Origin: Candidatus Nanosynbacter sp.
GTDB lineage: Bacteria; Patescibacteriota; Saccharimonadia; Saccharimonadales; Saccharimonadaceae
Length of the DNA stretch: 48,256 nucleotides
NCBI GenBank assembly: GCA_015257605.1
Contig: JABZJV010000001.1
Span: 1-48,256, forward strand
Direction: 5' to 3'
Position numbers and translations under genes: made by a program. Under the pieces are notes generated by a model. It was given only the letters and a program-made list of their open reading frames with translations, was not told where the DNA came from and searched no databases. Position 1 is the stretch's first letter. The number at the start of each line of letters is the position of its first letter. Positions 21,305 to 28,464 of the stretch are shown here, in pieces.

Positions 21305-22681
21305 ATGGCGAAGAGACACAATAAATTTGATTACGATTTAATAGTTATCGGCAGCGGAGCTGGCGGATCAGCCGCTGCCACTATCGCCGCTCGCAATGGC
21401 GCGCGCGTAGCGATTATTGAGGAAGACACCTTCGGCGGCGATTCGCCTAACTGGAGCGATGTACCAACCAACGCCTTATTACACGTCGCGCACCTCTATG
21501 ATCAAGCACGCCACGGCGCCAAGTTCGGCTTACGCTCTAACACGCTTGGCTACAATTATCCGAGTATTCGCGCCTGGAAAGACCTCGCCGTCAAGCGAAC
21601 TGGGGCTGCCGGTAATCGCAAATTCTACGAAAACCAAGGCATTACTACCTATACTGGACACGCCCACTTTCTGTCGCCCAATGAAATCTCTGTTCGACGC
21701 AAACACATCAGCGCCGAAAGATTCTTGGTCGCTACGGGTTCGCACTGGGTAGCTCCAGAAGTACCAGGATTAGACGAAATCCCATTTTTGACAGCGCGCA
21801 CCATTTTAGAATCGATGCGTCCACCGAAGAGTCTTTACATCATAGGTGCTGGCAGCGTTGGCGTCGAGATCGCGCAGCTGATGGCTACTTTCGGTACTAG
21901 GGTTTATTTGACTGATATCGCTGCCCGCATTTTGCCAAAAGAAGACGAAGAAGTTGGCGAGCTGCTAGAAGCCTACCTCAAGAAGCATAAAGGCATTACG
22001 TCATTAACACAGACACGGACAGTCGCAGCAGTCAAAGACGGACTCGGCTACCGCGTATCATTCCTACGCGGCGGTGTCGAAAAGTCGGTACGTGTCGAGG
22101 ATATCTTGGTGGCGACTGGACGTCGGCCAAACCTTGATTTAGGATTAGAGAACGCCAGCGTCCAATACGACCCAACCGGCATCCATGTTAACGAATATTT
22201 ACAGACAAGCGCTCGCCACATTTATGCAGCTGGGGATATTATCGGCAACTCTGAACACACGCATACTGCACTGCTAGAATCGCGGATTGCTGCTCATAAC
22301 CTTTTTTCAAAGAATCAAATCGCGCCAGACTATACTGCTACGCCGCGGACAACCTTCACCTTCCCAGAAGTGTCATCTGTTGGTTTGACCGAAGACGATT
22401 GTATCAAACGCGACCTCAAAATCAACAAAGCCATGGCACCGCTATCAATCATCGGCCGCTCAAATACCAGCGATTTCCGCGACGGCTTCGTCAAACTAGT
22501 ATGCGACAAGAAAGGCGTTATAGCCGGCGGTACTATTGTCGCGCCGAATGCTAGCGATAGTATCCACGAAATCGCCCTAGCTGTGCGGCACGGCCTAACC
22601 GCCAAAGACTTGGCAGACACGCCGCACGTTTTCTTGAGCTGGAGTGAAGCTGTTAGAGTCGCTGCTAGCAAATTGGCTTAA
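21305..22681 (+). CDS. Pyridine nucleotide-disulfide oxidoreductase family flavoprotein (Lpd/MerA-like fold, redox Cys absent)
   Basis: YDLIVIGSGAGG, ATGS, IIGAGSVGVE, ATGRRPN, TSARHIYAAGD, dimerisation domain. Confidence 0.85.
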   Translation: MAKRHNKFDYDLIVIGSGAGGSAAATIAARNGARVAIIEEDTFGGDSPNWSDVPTNALLHVAHLYDQARHGAKFGLRSNTLGYNYPSIRAWKDLAVKRTGAAGNRKFYENQGITTYTGHAHFLSPNEISVRRKHISAERFLVATGSHWVAPEVPGLDEIPFLTARTILESMRPPKSLYIIGAGSVGVEIAQLMATFGTRVYLTDIAARILPKEDEEVGELLEAYLKKHKGITSLTQTRTVAAVKDGLGYRVSFLRGGVEKSVRVEDILVATGRRPNLDLGLENASVQYDPTGIHVNEYLQTSARHIYAAGDIIGNSEHTHTALLESRIAAHNLFSKNQIAPDYTATPRTTFTFPEVSSVGLTEDDCIKRDLKINKAMAPLSIIGRSNTSDFRDGFVKLVCDKKGVIAGGTIVAPNASDSIHEIALAVRHGLTAKDLADTPHVFLSWSEAVRVAASKLA

Positions 22682-22700
22682 GCCAGATAACTAAGAAAGA

Positions 22701-22730
22701 AAAAAGCCCAACCAAAAGTTGAGCTTTTTT
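22701..22730. terminator. Bidirectional intrinsic terminator (probable original tRNA-fMet terminator)
   Basis: AAAAAGCCCAAC-CAAAA-GTTGAGCTTTTTT; pairs fully on the minus strand with one G-U; abuts attL. Confidence 0.8.
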
Positions 22731-22902
22731 CTTGGTAGCCCAAGTGGCCCTGCATTGGAACCAAATCTGTAATGAGATATTGCAATGGAAGCAGCTCATA
22801 GAGGTACAGTTACTGTCGGAAAGGTAACCGTATCGAATTAGAACTAGGTTTACGACTAGCGACTAAGTTGCCAGAAAAGTTTAAGAAGCATAAACGTATT
22901 CC

Positions 22903-22939
22903 ATGCACAAATATTTTCGTGTATAATAAATTTGTGCAT
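22903..22939 (+). promoter_or_regulatory. Inverted-repeat operator bracketing the -10 box of the ATPase/protease operon
   Basis: ATGCACAAAT (22903-22912) and ATTTGTGCAT (22930-22939) flank TATAAT (22922-22927). Confidence 0.65.
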
Positions 22940-22954
22940 ACAACGAAATTAAAT

Positions 22955-24052
22955 ATGAACTCCGACTTACTTGTTGAGCTAGCCCAGCTGGGGTTAGATG
23001 GTGACAAGAATAAACTAATCAACTACCTAAAAAACCTTGCGGCTCGTAGTGCAGACGAAAGAAAACTAACTCTCTATAAGAAAATATCTGAACTATTAGA
23101 GGATTATGAAAGCAGTAGTAAGGTACAGTGGCAGGTATCAGGTCTGCCAACGGGACAAGTTATCCCTATTCGCGGCGAAGACAAGCTGTGGTTTCCAAAG
23201 CGTCTTGAGGATAGGATTGGTTTGGTTTCTAGACTACTCGCAGACCAAACGCTACCCGAAGATATCAAAGTAAAGTTTAATAGAATACTCCTTCATGGAG
23301 TACCTGGAACTGGCAAGACAACTATCGGCCTTTATCTTGCTAAAAAAATGGGCTACCCAATTAAGTATGTGAAAGTAAGCGACGTCATATCTTATAAGTT
23401 TGGAGAGACGCTAAAGAACATATCAGAAGTCTTTAACGATGGAGGTTCTTCGATAATTTTCATTGACGAGTTTGACGCATTCGCTAAGAGCCGCTTTGAT
23501 TCTAACGATGTTGGCGAGTTGAAACGAATAGTAAACTCACTTATTCAGACACTTGATATGCTACCGAGCAATAAGATTGTTATTGTAGCGACCAATTTAG
23601 TTGAAACCATTGACCCTGCTATTGCACGTCGATTCCCTATCAAAGTTCATGTAGGCAAACTCAATAAGTCGGAGCGTATGGACTTTATCAACTTCCTAGT
23701 AAAACAGTCCTATATACCCATCAAGCTATCAAAGAAAGACCTTGAACTTTTTGATGCCATACTTCGTGAATCCGACCTAAAGACAGTTGATGCAATAAAA
23801 GGTGTCATCGACTCAAGTATCGTGTCTGCCCATGTCGAGAAAGCAGAATCAATTTATATGCAAAATATTGCAATCAGCATGCTGAACAATGGCCTCATAG
23901 ATTCAGACACATTGAAGCGCCTTGGAAGCGAGAAGCCTGATTTATATGCAAAATTGATAAAACTATTTTCGATACAGTACACTAAAACAGATGTTGCTGA
24001 GATTCTTGGTATGCATCGTAACTCATTATTGAACTATGGCAAAGAAATATAA
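22955..24052 (+). CDS. ietA: AAA+ ATPase with C-terminal HTH, IetA-like
   Basis: GVPGTGKT, FIDEFD, R..NDVGELKRIVNSLIQ, ATN...IDPAIARRF; C-terminal TKTDVAEILGMHRNSL; overlaps the S8 protease gene; start ATG 22955. Confidence 0.8.
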   Translation: MNSDLLVELAQLGLDGDKNKLINYLKNLAARSADERKLTLYKKISELLEDYESSSKVQWQVSGLPTGQVIPIRGEDKLWFPKRLEDRIGLVSRLLADQTLPEDIKVKFNRILLHGVPGTGKTTIGLYLAKKMGYPIKYVKVSDVISYKFGETLKNISEVFNDGGSSIIFIDEFDAFAKSRFDSNDVGELKRIVNSLIQTLDMLPSNKIVIVATNLVETIDPAIARRFPIKVHVGKLNKSERMDFINFLVKQSYIPIKLSKKDLELFDAILRESDLKTVDAIKGVIDSSIVSAHVEKAESIYMQNIAISMLNNGLIDSDTLKRLGSEKPDLYAKLIKLFSIQYTKTDVAEILGMHRNSLLNYGKEI

Positions 24053-26315
24053 TCACATCACAATCCCGAAGCAGCTTGTTAATGAATCTGGTGACCACGC
24101 CAATACGCGCAGGGGTCGTAATATTCAAAATATCCCCAAGCTAGAAAATGTAAGTGCTCATAAAGAGCACCTAAGTGAAGGTGTTAATCGTTTAAATGGC
24201 TTCCAAGAGGAAAAGTTGAAGAAAACTGGTGAAATTGTAGAGCAAGTCGATATGAAGATTCGTTTCCGAGGACTTGCTAATGTTGAATTCCTCGACCGAT
24301 ATCACGCAAAAGTGTACCAGCGCTACGATGACAGGCCAGACGAACAGGAATACGCCAACGATGTAGTTGTAGCGAAGATTAGCACAATCCGCCCAGAAGG
24401 AAGGACCACATCTGACTACGAGCATTTTCAGCGTGAATTTGACACCTACTTAAAAACAGGAAAACTAAAATCCTACTTTGACTATGTTGAAGATATTGCA
24501 CCGTTAACTCTTGATGAAATTACAGAACCCGAATTGTATAAAGCAATAAGCGAGGACGAAACGAATAAGCAGCTCGTTGATGTTGTGTTCGGAAGTGGCC
24601 CCCTCACATCAGATAGCGAACTACGAACTTTTAATAGTTTATACAGTGATGACATAGTCGTAGCTGTTGATTCCGTTGACATGCATTACTTCCGAGTTGA
24701 AGCCAGCAAATCTTCACTTGAGGATATGACGGAAGTATTTTCGGGCATAGTAAGTGTAGAGCGTGCTCCATTGGTTGTATTTTCCAGTGGAGAAAGCAAA
24801 GAGGTCGATGAGTATGACATTGATGACAATACAGACACCAACGCAAAGCCTATATTACTTATAGACTCCGCAATCAATGGCGAACATCCAATTCTAAAAA
24901 TTGCTGCCTTAGCACAGCAAGGTGACTCTTCTGGGCGTAAGGACCATGGAACAATGGTGGGCAGTTTAATCGCATGCGGCCCGCACATTAGTGCCAAACG
25001 TCAATTTGCTGTTGAAAATAAAGTTCTACCAATTAATGCATTTATAACAACTCCTCACGGTGTAACAATTAATGAACCGTTAATTGAAGAAGCTCTTAAA
25101 GACAGTTATTCGAAGACCAGGGCAACTATTGCAAACTTCTCTATTAACGGCTATCTATGGCCTATGTACTCGCGCAGAAAAGTAGATAAAATGAGCATTC
25201 TATTCGATGAGTGGGCTCGTAAATATAATGCAGTATTCACTATCGCAACAGGTAACCTATTTCAAGAAAATCATTGGCCGCCAGAAGTAGAGCAAGAGTT
25301 ATTTAGCTTAGGTTATCCTAATTATTTCATGCGAGAAGAGACTTGCATACTCCCACCATCTGACAGTATCAATAATATTGCTGTCGGCTCAGTAGTATAC
25401 GGTGCGACGCCCGACTCAATGGCAGATTCAAAAGACCCTTCACCTATAACACGAAGAGGGTTTTTGAACGCAAAGCACAATTACTCAATTAAGCCTGACG
25501 TGGTGCAATACGACTCAAATTTTGATGTCCAGTTCAACGGTGAAGAAAACGGTCCGTATATGGCGGCCGAAGACGGGAATCTTGTGCGAGCAGCGGGTAC
25601 TAGTTTTGCAGCACCTTTATCTAGTTTTGCACTTGGTATGCTTGCAAAGAAATATCCTTTGTATAACGCCAATACGCTCAAGGCTCTACTTCTTCACTTT
25701 GCCGAAGACTTAGGAACATCAAAGAAAGTTACGAATAATGATATCCTTCATGCTTTAGTCGGAAATGGCATGCCAGATTTAGATAAATCCCTGTATTCGC
25801 TATCGAACTCAACATCACTTGTTATTGAGGATAGTATTCAGATTAACCACAAGAAGAAGATAAGCATCCCAATACCAGCCTCGCTTGCTGGCTCGTCGAG
25901 GCTACGTCTACGCGTAAAGACCACCCTTGTCTACAACCCACCTGTAAATAGCGTCGACATTGCCATGTACAACCCCATAGTAATTGCGGCGAAACTTGTT
26001 CGTTCAGATGGCCAAGACATGAGTAACTTTACGACTACAAAATCAAAAGATGGTGCACACCGTAAATCGAATGTGAAGATTTATGATGAAGTTACAAAGA
26101 GTACAGTTGAGCATATGGGTGAAATGTGGAGCCTAGAAGTTATAGCAGAGCCTTGCTCAAAATATATGACTGATGACATCACACAAGACTATTCAGTCAT
26201 CGTCACCATTGAAGATATGGAGCAAAATGACGATATTGACATACATCAGGAAATCAACCAGATGATTAATGTCGAAGTCGAAAACAGTATTGACGTAACT
26301 GTTGAAGCTAGTTGA
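24036..26315 (+). CDS. ietS: S8 (subtilisin-like) serine protease, IetS-like
   Basis: Triad D (LLIDSAI), H (DHGTMVG), S (GTSFAAP); ATGN, SINNIAVGS, IKPDVV; no signal peptide. Confidence 0.8.
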   Translation: MAKKYNHITIPKQLVNESGDHANTRRGRNIQNIPKLENVSAHKEHLSEGVNRLNGFQEEKLKKTGEIVEQVDMKIRFRGLANVEFLDRYHAKVYQRYDDRPDEQEYANDVVVAKISTIRPEGRTTSDYEHFQREFDTYLKTGKLKSYFDYVEDIAPLTLDEITEPELYKAISEDETNKQLVDVVFGSGPLTSDSELRTFNSLYSDDIVVAVDSVDMHYFRVEASKSSLEDMTEVFSGIVSVERAPLVVFSSGESKEVDEYDIDDNTDTNAKPILLIDSAINGEHPILKIAALAQQGDSSGRKDHGTMVGSLIACGPHISAKRQFAVENKVLPINAFITTPHGVTINEPLIEEALKDSYSKTRATIANFSINGYLWPMYSRRKVDKMSILFDEWARKYNAVFTIATGNLFQENHWPPEVEQELFSLGYPNYFMREETCILPPSDSINNIAVGSVVYGATPDSMADSKDPSPITRRGFLNAKHNYSIKPDVVQYDSNFDVQFNGEENGPYMAAEDGNLVRAAGTSFAAPLSSFALGMLAKKYPLYNANTLKALLLHFAEDLGTSKKVTNNDILHALVGNGMPDLDKSLYSLSNSTSLVIEDSIQINHKKKISIPIPASLAGSSRLRLRVKTTLVYNPPVNSVDIAMYNPIVIAAKLVRSDGQDMSNFTTTKSKDGAHRKSNVKIYDEVTKSTVEHMGEMWSLEVIAEPCSKYMTDDITQDYSVIVTIEDMEQNDDIDIHQEINQMINVEVENSIDVTVEAS

Positions 26316-26347
26316 TATAGCTAGTTACGCCGAATAGGTCTTATCAT

Positions 26348-26379
26348 TTATTTACCCCTGTTACATTAGGGGTAAATAA
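26348..26379. terminator. Perfect 12-bp hairpin after the protease gene
   Basis: TTATTTACCCCT-8 nt-AGGGGTAAATAA. Confidence 0.6.
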
Positions 26380-26409
26380 GAATATTCTAGCAAATGATAT
26401 AATAAGCTC

Positions 26410-26552
26410 ATACGACCTAATCCGCCCTCGGCGGTATGGTTGTTTGAAAATCCATTAGGAATATAAAGCTCGTCGTCAGAGCACTATTCCTAGTGGTCGG
26501 TACTGGAAACGGTATCGGGTAGCCTTGGCTATCACTGGCGGCGAGCTTTTTA
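26410..26552 (+). ncRNA. Candidate structured RNA (5' hairpin plus four-way junction ending in a U tract)
   Basis: TGATATAAT upstream; closing stem 26465-26479/26535-26549 with G-U pairs enclosing three hairpins; family not recognised. Confidence 0.55.
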
Positions 26553-26594
26553 GTTTGCCGCTGGTAATAATATCAATTAGTACGGAGAGCGATT

Positions 26595-27350
26595 ATGAGT
26601 GCGGCAAAAGACGGCGACACATTATCAGAAATAAGACACGAGTACAAAGCAAAGAAAAAGCAGCTTGAAGAGTACGATACATTTATCGACCGCCACCAAG
26701 GGCTAGTAGTATTCTTGCCTCTGCTACTCGTACTTATTGGCGTACTTGTTCTAGTTGGCATTACAAGTGGCTCGACTGGCGATAATCTGGCAGCAAAAGC
26801 AATAGGCATACTATCTCTTGTACTGTTGGTGGTAGCTATCATAATGGCATTTATAACTGGTGGCCGCAAGTCTACTAAAAGCAAAATAGAAAAGCAGCTT
26901 GAAGCTCTCACGCAAGAGGCAGCAGTATTTCAAAAGCAGGCCAAAGACCACGATAATATTACCAGAGATGAGCTAGGTTTATGGCGTGATATTGAGCAAG
27001 ATACGAGCGGTAATCATTCAAATAAAGGCGGCTGGGTGATGGGAATTATCGTCATTGTCGTTGTTGCAGCAGTCATATCTATCAATCAAGCAAATCAGAG
27101 GAACCAAGAAGCAGCCGAACGAGCTAGGCAAACGCAAATTATGGAACAGCAGCGAGCAAAACAAGAGCAAGACGCAATCGAGCAGCGAAAACTTGACCAG
27201 CAGGACGAGGCGAACCGCTTACAGCAGCAACAAAACGCCATTGACCTATACAACAGCACCAAGCCCTCGAACAACAATAACTATCGTTCTAGTACGAACT
27301 GCTCCACCAGCTACTATGGTGGATATACAGCATATACGACTTGCGACTAA
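26595..27350 (+). CDS. Membrane protein (3 TM) with Gln-rich coiled coil and Cys-bracketed C-terminal tail
   Basis: Hydrophobic segments; GGAG SD; ends NCSTSYYGGYTAYTTCD. Confidence 0.75.
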   Translation: MSAAKDGDTLSEIRHEYKAKKKQLEEYDTFIDRHQGLVVFLPLLLVLIGVLVLVGITSGSTGDNLAAKAIGILSLVLLVVAIIMAFITGGRKSTKSKIEKQLEALTQEAAVFQKQAKDHDNITRDELGLWRDIEQDTSGNHSNKGGWVMGIIVIVVVAAVISINQANQRNQEAAERARQTQIMEQQRAKQEQDAIEQRKLDQQDEANRLQQQQNAIDLYNSTKPSNNNNYRSSTNCSTSYYGGYTAYTTCD

Positions 27351-27640
27351 TCACGTCTACGAAGCAAGACGTGATAACAGGGGCGGGTATCCACGAAGCA
27401 AGATACCTCACCTGCTACGAAGCAAGCAGGTGGAGGCTGTCTAATCCTAGTCGTTTTTCAGGGGTAGCAATTTATAAACGATGTAAATCATACATCAATA
27501 CTTAACAGAGGAAAAACTATCCTCAAAGCAAGATAGATAACCCCTATTTTTACATCTACGAAGCAAGATGTAAGATACGGCCGTCACCGTCTACGAAGCA
27601 AGACGGTAAAACGCCCTCCGCCTATTACGAAGCAAGTACG
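27350..27640 (+). repeat. Array of seven hairpins with a conserved ACGAAGCA loop and different stems
   Basis: ACGAAGCAAG at 27359, 27393, 27417, 27558, 27593, 27627 and variant TCAAAGCAAG at 27523, each flanked by its own inverted repeat. Confidence 0.92.
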
Positions 27641-27711
27641 CACGTTCAGTATAATAGAACGTACTATGTCTGACGAAACCAATCGAGCAAAAGCACTTCA
27701 AGAATGTATTT

Positions 27712-28191
27712 ATGGGCATTTATGAGCTGCTAAAACGCGTCGAGGGCGATGATAAAAATGCTCGCAAAGTGTACGCCTGTGCTGATGAGATAAGCGAGGT
27801 ATTCAAAATAAGCAAAGAAAACGCCCTACGGTTATTACTTACAGCTAAGGCTCCCACGGCGTACGGTATGAGATACGCTCCACATATCAAGCAGGACGGC
27901 GATGAGGTTGTAATGCGATTCGGTCACAAAACAACACTGGCGGATATTAAAGCCGTTTGGAAAATAGTAAAAGATGTACAGCGAGAGATTGGCGGTACTG
28001 GTAGTAAGCAGTCTATAAATCCAGAGTTGGCGTTTTGTATATATCGCCAATATATACTCAACGGAAGAAGGATGGCGGATATATTCAAGGACTACTCCCA
28101 CAAAAGACTTGAGGGCTATGAGGGTAAATCGCCTACGATGAGTGAAAATGACTTTAGGAAATATTATCTCAACATTGTCGATGGGCTATAA
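27712..28191 (+). CDS. Hypothetical protein (5' end possibly damaged)
   Basis: 159-aa ORF; an out-of-frame ATG at 27666 follows a TATAAT, so the true N-terminus may be frameshifted. Confidence 0.6.
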   Translation: MGIYELLKRVEGDDKNARKVYACADEISEVFKISKENALRLLLTAKAPTAYGMRYAPHIKQDGDEVVMRFGHKTTLADIKAVWKIVKDVQREIGGTGSKQSINPELAFCIYRQYILNGRRMADIFKDYSHKRLEGYEGKSPTMSENDFRKYYLNIVDGL

Positions 28192-28245
28192 ATAGCCTAA
28201 ATATACCCCAGAGATTTTAGGCTCTTGCAAACATACCATAGAAAT

Positions 28246-28464
28246 ATGGTTAATAAGCTGCGTTCAGACGACAATAGTCCTGCAAAAACAGGCTCACTTG
28301 TCGTCAGCGTTCAGAAAGCCCGCAGGATATTAGGAACTCTCGCAAATTCTATGAGCGATGACCAAGTCAAAGACCTTATTTACTCTCTACATCTGTTAGC
28401 AAAAGAGCAATTAGTGTATACTGGTTCCAAACATGACACAACGGAATCAATTACGAACCTCTAA
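28246..28464 (+). CDS. Small helical protein upstream of the recombinase (possible regulator or directionality factor)
   Basis: VSVQKARRILG..MSDDQVKDLI; overlaps the recombinase start; function is inference. Confidence 0.55.
   Translation: MVNKLRSDDNSPAKTGSLVVSVQKARRILGTLANSMSDDQVKDLIYSLHLLAKEQLVYTGSKHDTTESITNL

Noticed and set aside
27055..27444. 129-aa ORF spanning the hairpin array
   Set aside because: Alternative frame of the 26595..27350 gene with no SD; its repeated (Y/H)EAR/LRSK peptides merely reflect the DNA repeat
27350..27640. CRISPR array
   Set aside because: Constant part is only about 10 nt, spacing is irregular, the variable parts are self-complementary stems, and no cas genes are present
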